A DNA stretch of 21,355 nt from Candidatus Thorarchaeota archaeon. Lineage in GTDB: Archaea > Asgardarchaeota > Thorarchaeia > Thorarchaeales > Thorarchaeaceae. Below, piece after piece: positions 1-7,568 of the stretch. Position numbers and translations under genes: made by a program. The stretch covers positions 1-21,355 of the forward strand of contig PRDI01000012.1 in the NCBI GenBank assembly GCA_003345595.1, written 5' to 3'. The stretch's first letter is position 1. Each line of letters starts with the position of its first letter. The notes under the pieces were generated by a model that was not told where the DNA came from, made no database searches, and worked only from the letters and a program-made list of their open reading frames with translations.

Positions 1-85
1 CTCATGGGCTGACTGACAGTGCTCACCGATGCGAACGATAATGCAGCAGATGTGCGGGCCTCTCGATAGAGGACTTGAGGACAGT

Positions 86-170
86 AAAGGCACGGGAGCG
101 AAAGAACGCGGCTGGAAGGAGGAAGTGAAGAGCGAGATCGTTTGACAAACAAACCCACTCCCGTGCCTTT
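86..170. repeat. Perfect 13-bp inverted repeat / long stem-loop
   Basis: AAAGGCACGGGAG at 86-98 and its exact reverse complement CTCCCGTGCCTTT at 158-170. On the minus strand the stem extends to 15 bp with a U-G and a G-C pair. Confidence 0.85.
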
Positions 171-554
171 CTTCTGCGAAAAGTATTTGTCGCAAAGGAT
201 TTTTAACATTATGATTAAGGCGAAGACCTATCCAAACTCGCTGCGAAACTCGCAATATACAAGCATAAGAATTGCGAATATATCACAAAGCCTATATTCC
301 TGTTCCAGTTTCTGCATATAGTCCGGTCGAGGAGGCGCCAATCAAGCGTTTCTCGTCCTGCTGCGACGAGCTCTCCCCACAGAAATTGCACACATCTTCC
401 CCCTCAAGCAACCACGAAGCGAACCTGCTACTTTTCTGGCGCCTCCTCACGGACATCGATCGATTGTCTGAAGAATCAGGGTCGCTTTTCTCGCAATGTC
501 TTTAAGTCTGTGGGCTGACACTAGCCAGCCCCAGAGAGGTTAAGGTGTAACGAC

Positions 555-1334
555 TTGAGGTACGCACTAGGGATTCTCTATGGTGCTCTTTTGCCTGGAA
601 TCATTTTCATGGTAAGTGCTTTCATCAAACTGATGGGAGTGGGTGAAACCGACCCCGCTGCCTTGGCGGCGATTTGGGACATCTTCATAATCTGGGTTCT
701 CGTGTCTGTGATCATCTTGATAGCTCCTCTGTTGGTCCTATACATCGCACGTCGGAGTATCCTCAAAGAAGCCGCCTTCTTCGAGATTGGCGGACTAGCT
801 CTGTTCACACCATTCTGGTTTGCGCTGGCCACAGAACTGTCTGGCGAACCTTGGCTTCAAGTCTTGCTGTCCGGAGTCGAAGGGCTGCCGTTCTTTGGAC
901 CGGGGGGTACCATTATCAGTGGCCGAATTGACTCTATGTTGCTGATTCCCACATTCATCGTACTTCCTTTGCTCGGGGTTTTTGTCCTGCGGCCGTCCTT
1001 CATAAGAAGGAAGACGTCTGCAGTGGAACCTGCTAAACCTGCACCCATCGAGCGGAAGGCCGATACTGAGGGGGAATCGATCGAGGCTGAGATGCCAGGT
1101 GTTACCGCACCGGTGGCTGATGAAAAGAGTGTGACGAAGCTAAGGAATCTGCTGACAGAGATTGGTGCGCCTGACACAATCATAAAGGCGATTATGGATG
1201 CAGGTATTGCCACTGTGGAGGACCTCGTCGGAACCGGACCAGATCAGCTGTCTACGATTCTGGGTGTTGACAAGAAGACCGCCGACGCCCTTCTTATGGC
1301 TGCGCAGAAGCGAGTGTGGTTCGGCGGCATCTAA
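555..1334 (+). CDS. Integral membrane protein (about 4 TM helices) with C-terminal helix-hairpin-helix (RadA-N/HhH_5-like) domain
   Basis: Four hydrophobic segments within aa 1-145, then a Pro/Ala/Glu-rich linker, then LTEIGAPDTIIKAIMDAGIATVEDL...LSTILGVDKKTADALLMAA, which matches the tandem HhH pattern of RadA/Rad51 N-terminal domains. TTG start; TTTAAG box near 500-506. Confidence 0.75.
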   Translation: MRYALGILYGALLPGIIFMVSAFIKLMGVGETDPAALAAIWDIFIIWVLVSVIILIAPLLVLYIARRSILKEAAFFEIGGLALFTPFWFALATELSGEPWLQVLLSGVEGLPFFGPGGTIISGRIDSMLLIPTFIVLPLLGVFVLRPSFIRRKTSAVEPAKPAPIERKADTEGESIEAEMPGVTAPVADEKSVTKLRNLLTEIGAPDTIIKAIMDAGIATVEDLVGTGPDQLSTILGVDKKTADALLMAAQKRVWFGGI

Positions 1335-1351
1335 GCACCGCGTCCTTAGAC

Positions 1352-2104
1352 TCATTTTGCGACAGATCCAAGTTTGCTCAGAGCATCAAGAGCGATGCAC
1401 GTGAGTTCATCTATCCGAGGTTTTTCTATGATTCTGGACTCTTTGTCTATCGATTCACCAACAATAACACAGATGGAACCCACCCTGACGCCTCTGAGCT
1501 GCCCTATGATGAACAGTGCGGCAGACTCCATCTCTGTGGCTATCACGTTTGCTCGGCGTAGCGTATTCCAGCGGTCTTTCATCCGATTCGGGTCAGCAAC
1601 AAGCCCCGGGTACTCACTGTAAAATGCATCCTTGGTATGACCGATACCGGTTCGATATCTTGCCCCTCTTCTTCCTGCCGATTCGCTAAGCGCCATCACT
1701 AGCCCGGGATCGGCCACTGCCGGGAACTCAATAGGGACATATTGTCTGGACGTGCCGTCGTCTCTTACGACCCCGGTGAATATCACGAGATCGCCAGCGT
1801 TCAATGACGGATCGATTGCACCAGCAGTCCCTACTCGTACGAATGTGTTGCAGCCAACTCTGACGAGCTCTTCAAGAGCGATCGCCGCAGAAGGGCATCC
1901 TATGCCTGTCGAACAGACGCCCACCGGTGCTCCTTCGTACTCTCCTCTGAAGCTCCAGTACTCTCTCTTGTGTGCGACTTCCACTGGCTTCTTGAAGAAC
2001 CTCTCTGCAATCAGCCGTGCTCTATCAGGGTCTCCCGGTAGTAGCACGGAAGGCGGCATCTCTCCAGGCGCAATCGATATGTGATATTCTCTCTCTTGGG
2101 CCAT
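1352..2104 (-). CDS. udp: Nucleoside phosphorylase, NP-I family (uridine phosphorylase/PNP-like)
   Basis: Motifs YHI, LLPGDPDRA, HKREY, STGIGCPSAAIALEEL, RVGTAG, RDDGTS, DAFY and EMESAA. Start moved to ATG 2104 (MAQEREYHI) because GGTGA lies just upstream and TTTTTAT is near 2140-2146. The E. coli Udp Gln-x-Arg after DAFY is absent, so base specificity is uncertain. Confidence 0.88.
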   Translation of the reverse strand: MAQEREYHISIAPGEMPPSVLLPGDPDRARLIAERFFKKPVEVAHKREYWSFRGEYEGAPVGVCSTGIGCPSAAIALEELVRVGCNTFVRVGTAGAIDPSLNAGDLVIFTGVVRDDGTSRQYVPIEFPAVADPGLVMALSESAGRRGARYRTGIGHTKDAFYSEYPGLVADPNRMKDRWNTLRRANVIATEMESAALFIIGQLRGVRVGSICVIVGESIDKESRIIEKPRIDELTCIALDALSKLGSVAK

Positions 2105-2291
2105 CAGGTCACCAACCCTTGTCGGCGTCACGGGGTCCGATAAAAAGGATTTCGCAGCATGCCGACCAAGGCAATCGGAAGGATGCATCCCATCAATCTA
2201 GCCAAGCTGAGGCGATTCCGCCCCACTAGCACATGCTTCCACTCCGACACCCTTAAAAGATTCAGACCAGGGTCGGGGCAGAGTGACGACC

Positions 2292-2522
2292 ATGAGCACC
2301 GATCTGACAGACCTTCAGCAGAGAGTTCTCGCCCTTGTTAGCAAGGACAGTCATAGGCCATCTGCGATAACGAGAGTGCTCGTTTCCCGTCGATTCCCAT
2401 GTGATCAGAATCAAGTGAACCAGGCTTTGCTGGAGCTCGAGAAGAAAGGCCTTGTGGAGAGGTTCACAGCAAAGACTTGGGTGGCCACTTCAAAAGGTCA
2501 GTCGGAAGTACAGGGAACATAA
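2292..2522 (+). CDS. Small winged helix-turn-helix protein
   Basis: LTDLQQRVLALV...VNQALLELEKKGLVER..W..TSKG is a typical wHTH pattern. TTAAAA box at about 2253-2258. The start is either ATG 2292 or GTG 2283. Confidence 0.75.
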   Translation: MSTDLTDLQQRVLALVSKDSHRPSAITRVLVSRRFPCDQNQVNQALLELEKKGLVERFTAKTWVATSKGQSEVQGT

Positions 2523-2742
2523 CTCAGCTTCGTGCCGCAGTCGGATTTGAGATCGGTTCTAACGTCTGCAGCTCAATCAGACTCGTGCTATTCATTAGCT
2601 TGTTTGTTCCAAGATGTTGACACAGCTTCTGCCGCTCAGTTTTTCAACAGGTGACCAGTCTAGAGGAACGCTCAGTCAGCGATGCCTCTTGGCGAAGCCA
2701 GTTGTATGTTACTGCCTACAGGCGTCAACCCTCTGCCACTCA

Positions 2743-3750
2743 TCAGAGAACCTTGACCAGTGAATCGACTACGTTGTATGTACTCTCTGGTCTAGAATCA
2801 GAGAAAGCCCGTGTTCTGATTGTATTGGATGTGACAATCCTCCCCTTGCTTCTTTCCACCAGGTTCTCAAGCAGCTGTTCACCCTTCTCAAGAAGCGGCA
2901 TTACGTGAACGACCGCAAGACCAACATCTGATGCCCCTTGGGCATGGATCTTCTCGGCAGCCTTGAGCAGAGTATTTCCGCTCTTTGTCAAGTCATCAAG
3001 GACTATGACGTTCTTGCCCTTTACTCCAACTTCCCCCTCAAGCTCCACAGTGTAGGAGTCACGACGGTGTTTCCCGAATCCCTCGACAGCGAATCGCTCT
3101 TGGCCGCCCTCGTCAGGCGTTATGACAGTATAGTCATGAAAGCCGAACCTAGCTGCTGCGAACTTCACGAGGTCGTGTGTGATGTCTATCTCTTGATAGA
3201 GGCCTTTCCCTCCAAGGGTCTTGACCCACTCCAAGCTGTCTGGCGCATGAGGGTTTACCACCCAAACCTTGTTGCAGGCACCCGCTATCAGATTCGCGGC
3301 CCATCTGCAGGAAACTGCTTCCCCTGTCTTGAATGCCTTGTCCTGCAGAGCAAATGGCTGGAACGTCAGTACGACTTCCACATGTGATGGCGGAGGAATG
3401 GACTTCGTCCTGTATTCCTTATGGGCCATTTCCTCCACTTCCACAGGGTGAGTCAGACTGTCGAGCATCAGCAGGAGCTCAACTAGGCGGTCGGAGGTTG
3501 TGAACACCTCTTTCTCGACAGGACTTGAACCTGTGCAGCTCTGGATAACCACGACTCTCCGGTCCGAGATCTGGACCACATCCGGTATTCGCGCGTATAT
3601 GTCTGCATTTGGGAACATATGGCGTCCATCGTAGTTCATTCCACAGCCGAACACACGATATCCGAGCTTCTCGAATCTCGCTCTCAGATGGTCAGCACCG
3701 CTGGCAAGAACTACGTCATACTTCTTCATGCTGACTAACTCGCGCGACAT
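2743..3750 (-). CDS. prs: Divergent ribose-phosphate pyrophosphokinase (PRPP synthase)-like protein
   Basis: VVVIQS, DRLVELLLMLDSL, QDKAFKTGEAVS, TPDEGG, K-x-R (GKHR), and the PRT motif VIVLDDLTKSGNTL followed by AAEKIHAQGA..V...VVH and VTSNTI. These follow the two-PRT-domain PRS layout. Confidence 0.8.
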   Translation of the reverse strand: MSRELVSMKKYDVVLASGADHLRARFEKLGYRVFGCGMNYDGRHMFPNADIYARIPDVVQISDRRVVVIQSCTGSSPVEKEVFTTSDRLVELLLMLDSLTHPVEVEEMAHKEYRTKSIPPPSHVEVVLTFQPFALQDKAFKTGEAVSCRWAANLIAGACNKVWVVNPHAPDSLEWVKTLGGKGLYQEIDITHDLVKFAAARFGFHDYTVITPDEGGQERFAVEGFGKHRRDSYTVELEGEVGVKGKNVIVLDDLTKSGNTLLKAAEKIHAQGASDVGLAVVHVMPLLEKGEQLLENLVERSKGRIVTSNTIRTRAFSDSRPESTYNVVDSLVKVL

Positions 3751-3892
3751 CCCCCTTTATGAGAGTTGTCCCACAAGTGAGTCTGTCCGTCAGCCGGATA
3801 GGAAGGTCTACTGAGGTTCTCGATGAATATACTCTTCCCATTCGACAACCTAAAATGACTCCTGTCACAAGAGTACGTGCCGCCGCAGGTAC

Positions 3893-4618
3893 GTGTGTCC
3901 ATTGAGTCTTACAGCTCGTGACTTGCTCCGAAAGCTCGCGGATGACTCAGGTCTAGAGTACAAGCAATTGGCTCTGCGAGTGAATAGAGAGATGAGCAAA
4001 GGAGAGAGCTTTGTCCGCTCTGTGAATTCGATAGCACGGGAAATCGGTCTAGACCCTGACGGGTACAAGCTGAATCCCGAGTCGATAGCAGACGAGGCCT
4101 TGGGCATCCTGCAGAGAGACTACTCACGTACCCTCATGATGTCTGCCGTCCTTGCGCGCATGATGGAGTCGAAGGGCAAAGATGCTTTGCCACCTCCGGC
4201 CTTCTTCGCCTTTCTCGAACTTCTGTCAGCGATTCCCGATGCACCTCGCCGAATCTCAGATGGAGTATCGATGGAAGTGGATGAGAACACAACTAGGATA
4301 ATAGAGCTGCTGACAACTCTAGTGTCTCTCATATGCGAATGGTCCAAGGATGGAATTCACGGCGTGGCACGAAACTGCCCTGAGTCATTGATTCCGATGG
4401 CCCGCTCTGTCTTCCGCAAGACCAAACTGTATCAAGGAGGGCTTTGGACGTGCATTTCGTGCGGCAGAATAGTCGGGCTGGGCGAAACAAGGGCATTGGT
4501 GTGTTCACAGTGTGACACGAGAATGGCCCACACCTTTCCCGGGGTGGGTTTGCCTTCGTCAAAGGAAAGAGAACGTGTGGGCTATGGTCGGGCCGAAGAT
4601 GGGAAGCCTCTCGAATAA
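3893..4618 (+). CDS. Hypothetical helical protein with C-terminal Zn ribbon
   Basis: 241-aa ORF with protein-like composition, containing WTCISC-x13-CSQC. The start may be TTG 3902. Confidence 0.7.
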   Translation: MCPLSLTARDLLRKLADDSGLEYKQLALRVNREMSKGESFVRSVNSIAREIGLDPDGYKLNPESIADEALGILQRDYSRTLMMSAVLARMMESKGKDALPPPAFFAFLELLSAIPDAPRRISDGVSMEVDENTTRIIELLTTLVSLICEWSKDGIHGVARNCPESLIPMARSVFRKTKLYQGGLWTCISCGRIVGLGETRALVCSQCDTRMAHTFPGVGLPSSKERERVGYGRAEDGKPLE

Positions 4619-4668
4619 GACTCCGGTCCTCGCGAAGAGCTTACTCAATCGAGTGTTGGGCACTGAGC

Positions 4669-5313
4669 CTATTGTGTTGGAAGCCTCAAGTCGAGTCCTT
4701 TTGAGAGCAGCAGCCTAGCGTTGTCATAATCCCCCTGAGTCACGGCTATCTCATCTACTTGGAGAATCACTTCTGTTTCCGGCTCCTCTTCCAGGAATAT
4801 GACAACCGGATCAATGCCTGCAACATCTCCCACGCTGACTAACGGTCCAGTCAGTCCATCATAGAAGTTGGGCCTCCCTGCTGGAACCCCCATACGTTTC
4901 AACAGTTTCTCTCCCTTCTTAGAAATCGTCATCCCACAAGTGGGGCCGTCATGAGTCATGAAGGCGATTGTGTGATTAATCGGCACGCAGCCACGCAGGT
5001 AGAACAGCATATCAGCGAGCCACTCATAGTCCTTGATCACAACGTCGCCGAAGACCAACATTACATCATCGGAAACCATTCCATGAACAGGGACGACTGG
5101 TGGTCTGATGTCGGCCGGGTAGCGGTTCCACGTTGTAAACTGTGGGGAGTTGAACACCAAAACGGTTTCGAAATGGATTTCTTCATACAGGCGTCTACAT
5201 AGGACTTGACCTATGGCATTGAGTCCGAGGATAACAGTCAGAGGATCCTCAATCTTCCTCTTCTTGTATACCTCGAGAATCGGGGATATCCACTCCTGCT
5301 CGAACACCAGCAT
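4669..5313 (-). CDS. Divergent PAC2-family (proteasome assembly chaperone PbaA/PbaB-like) protein
   Basis: Elements occur in PAC2 order: KIEDPLTVILGLNAIGQV, FNSPQF, RPP, MLVFGD, KLLKRMGV, DGLTGPLVSVGDVAGIDPVVIFLE, D..NARLLLSK.L. Confidence 0.6.
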   Translation of the reverse strand: MLVFEQEWISPILEVYKKRKIEDPLTVILGLNAIGQVLCRRLYEEIHFETVLVFNSPQFTTWNRYPADIRPPVVPVHGMVSDDVMLVFGDVVIKDYEWLADMLFYLRGCVPINHTIAFMTHDGPTCGMTISKKGEKLLKRMGVPAGRPNFYDGLTGPLVSVGDVAGIDPVVIFLEEEPETEVILQVDEIAVTQGDYDNARLLLSKGLDLRLPTQ

Positions 5314-5351
5314 GATATCGAAACCTACGTTTCCTCTATCTCAAGTTGCTA

Positions 5352-5735
5352 ATGACTGTTCCCATTGTCATCGATTCGTCAGCCCTACCGGCTGACATCC
5401 ATTGCATGCAACGAGTCGAGCGATTCTGACTTTGCGCACTTTAGAATCGCTCAAGGCATCCTAACCCTGTGCTTCTCAGACCTCGAAAGGAGAGGGAGAG
5501 GCAATGTTCGGGAAAACCAGAATCCGCGTGGCTCGTTGAAGGATTCTTGCCGTTTCTGATAGTGCTGACGAAGATACATGATTGTCAGCAGCTCTCCCAG
5601 TGGCTCACAAGTAGATTCGAACTGAAAACGAGAACACGCTCGGCGTGCTGAAGAGAATAATGTGGAGGACGCCGGTTTTCCTCGCGACTTGGGCGCACCT
5701 TGGAGGCGGCTGTCGCAGGGAATTCGAGCGTCCTC
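5352..5735. ncRNA. Candidate structured non-coding RNA or long UTR (unassigned family)
   Basis: At least eight stems in a 460-bp gap with no convincing ORF; pairings are listed in the matching finding. Confidence 0.4.
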
Positions 5736-5777
5736 GAGGCACTCACAGTTCTAAGGTCCATCTGATTGCTCGGCAGC

Positions 5778-6062
5778 TCAATGATGAGTAAGAGCTTCTT
5801 CTACAACGCTGAGTGAAACCTTAGGACTGGCTGACTCCATCTCTCTCAACTGCTTGCGAGCCTTGTCTGTGATCTCGAATCGCGGGCCACCAGCCAACGA
5901 CCACTCCCTAGACTCGACTCGTCGAGCGAGCCCTGCCTTCTCGAGAGCTTCGAGAATCGGCAGTGGCTCAGCAATGTTTGTGTGCAGCGAGATGAAGCCC
6001 AGCGGGCAGGAACCCTTGGCCATATCCAGCGCTTGAAGCACAACGATCATTTTCTTTTCCAT
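5778..6062 (-). CDS. Small winged-helix protein, probably co-transcribed with the upstream dehydrogenase
   Basis: ILEALEKAGLARR...RFEITDKARKQL wHTH wing pattern. GAGGTGA SD just before ATG 6062; 24 bp after the stop of 6087..7313. Confidence 0.72.
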   Translation of the reverse strand: MEKKMIVVLQALDMAKGSCPLGFISLHTNIAEPLPILEALEKAGLARRVESREWSLAGGPRFEITDKARKQLREMESASPKVSLSVVEEALTHH

Positions 6063-6086
6063 TCTTTCACCTCATTGGTTTCTTGT

Positions 6087-7313
6087 TCAAAGACTCCCCT
6101 TGTTCATGCGTCGCTCGGTTGCCTTCAGGACCCTCTCCTTGGCAATCATCATTGCGACAGCCCTCGGAAGCATCACAACATCACCACTGATCGAGCTGCT
6201 CAGGACTGTCTTCGTGTTCTCCCTGATTCTGGCATCGATCATTGCGAATGCTTCGTCTATACTCTTCCCCAGATACTCAGCATAGGAGCCTATGACGCCC
6301 CCAGAGTTGGCCAGCATGTCTGGCAGAATCAGGATACCCCTCTTGAAGAGTATCTCTTCGCCTGCTGGCGTGGTGGGATTGTTTGCACCTTCTACTATGA
6401 GACCTGCCTTGATCCTGGACGCGTTCCGTTCCGTGATGACATTTCCGACCGCTGCTGGAATCAACACATCACATTCGACTTCGAGAACGTCGTCTCTGCC
6501 AAGCTCCTTGGCTCCCTTGAGGTGCTTGCAGGAGTGCGCTTCATCAGTTGCATAGGCATGTTTCATTGCTTGATCAATGTCAATGCCCTTTGGGTTGTAG
6601 GCGCCTCCCCAATAGTCTCCGATGGCTACAATCTTCGCACCCTTGCGGGCAAGGTACTTGGCCACTTCTGACCCGACATTGCCGAATCCATGGACTGCCA
6701 CGGTTAGACCTTCAGGTGTGTCCTTGATAGGCACAAATTCGGACAGCATGCTGAGCGTTGTTTCTATGGTAACTCCGAGTCCGAATCCAGTCGTCCCCAG
6801 CTCGTGGGGTATTCCTCCTAATCTCTCCGGTTTTCCCGTGGCGGCTTTTCTGTCGCCAATGACTTCAACGAATGCTGCTATTTCTTCCTCCCCGACATTC
6901 ATGTCCGGCGCGGAAACCCATTCGTTTGGTACATGAGCCGAAACCGCTTTCGCGAATGCTCTGACGTATGATTGCTTGTCGATCGAATAGGGATCTGCAC
7001 TTATTCCTCCCTTCGCTCCCCCGAAAGGCAGATTGGCAAGTGCACACTTCCACGTCATGGTTCTGGCCAGGCCAAACACCTCAAGCGGGGTGAGGCCTGC
7101 TCTGATTCTGAATCCACCTTTACCGGGACCTAGAGCAGTGTTATCTATGATGAGGATTCCTTCCATGCCGAGTTGCGGATCATAGACACGAAGGACTTTC
7201 TCCGGGCCCCACTTGTCACTGAAAGCAGCAATGTTAACATCCTCAAGCAAGCGCTCGAGCATAGCCAGCTGCTGCGATTGGACTTGTGTCGATGCATCTT
7301 TCAATGTTGCCAT
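6087..7313 (-). CDS. gdh: Glu/Leu/Phe/Val dehydrogenase, short type with LeuDH-like N-terminus
   Basis: DNTALGPGKGG, MTWK, LPFGGAKGG (catalytic Lys), SAPDMN, TGKP, Rossmann GFGNVG, EGANNP and PDMLANSGGVIGSYAE. Confidence 0.92.
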   Translation of the reverse strand: MATLKDASTQVQSQQLAMLERLLEDVNIAAFSDKWGPEKVLRVYDPQLGMEGILIIDNTALGPGKGGFRIRAGLTPLEVFGLARTMTWKCALANLPFGGAKGGISADPYSIDKQSYVRAFAKAVSAHVPNEWVSAPDMNVGEEEIAAFVEVIGDRKAATGKPERLGGIPHELGTTGFGLGVTIETTLSMLSEFVPIKDTPEGLTVAVHGFGNVGSEVAKYLARKGAKIVAIGDYWGGAYNPKGIDIDQAMKHAYATDEAHSCKHLKGAKELGRDDVLEVECDVLIPAAVGNVITERNASRIKAGLIVEGANNPTTPAGEEILFKRGILILPDMLANSGGVIGSYAEYLGKSIDEAFAMIDARIRENTKTVLSSSISGDVVMLPRAVAMMIAKERVLKATERRMNKGSL

Positions 7314-7568
7314 GTTTTCTAGCTCCTATGGGCAGTCTGCAAGAGCTTGTGATTTTTCGGGCAAATGGAATACACTTAAGCCCGGCGGACCCACAGGTGA
7401 TGCGTGGTGTCAGGAAGTGTACAATTGGCCCATAGAGAGTGCACTTGCGTACCATTCTTCTAGGTTCTATGTGTAAATAATATCACCCTGCAGTGTTGCT
7501 GGTCTTCTGACATTTCTGGCATTGCATCTACGAGAAAGTATTAATTATGTCACTGAGGGATCCGTCGC

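Noticed and set aside
296-315. GTTCCAG as a possible origin recognition box
   Set aside because: It lacks the GGAAAC and G-string parts, is single copy, and no cdc6/orc1 lies in the window.
272-505. 77-aa ORF
   Set aside because: Ser/Pro-rich with no motif; it overlaps AT-rich promoter-like sequence and the TATA candidate of the 555 gene.
2523-2742. Convergent intergenic gap with short hairpins, and ORF 2651..2908
   Set aside because: Stems are only 4-5 bp, as expected by chance; the ORF is largely antisense to the PRS-like gene.
5365-5651. ORFs 5365..5559 and 5469..5651
   Set aside because: Short, no recognisable motif or convincing SD, and unnatural composition.
5420-5690. RNase P, SRP or c-di-GMP riboswitch identity for the structured region (minus-strand GAGGAAAACC and GCGCAAAG)
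   Set aside because: The required partner motifs (RNase P 3' ACAGAA..GGCUUA, SRP helix 8, GEMM GAAA tetraloop/receptor arrangement) are missing.
5982-6671. 229-aa antisense ORF and other shadow ORFs over gdh, aor and the ATPase
   Set aside because: They lie antisense or out of frame to well-supported genes and are explained by codon bias.
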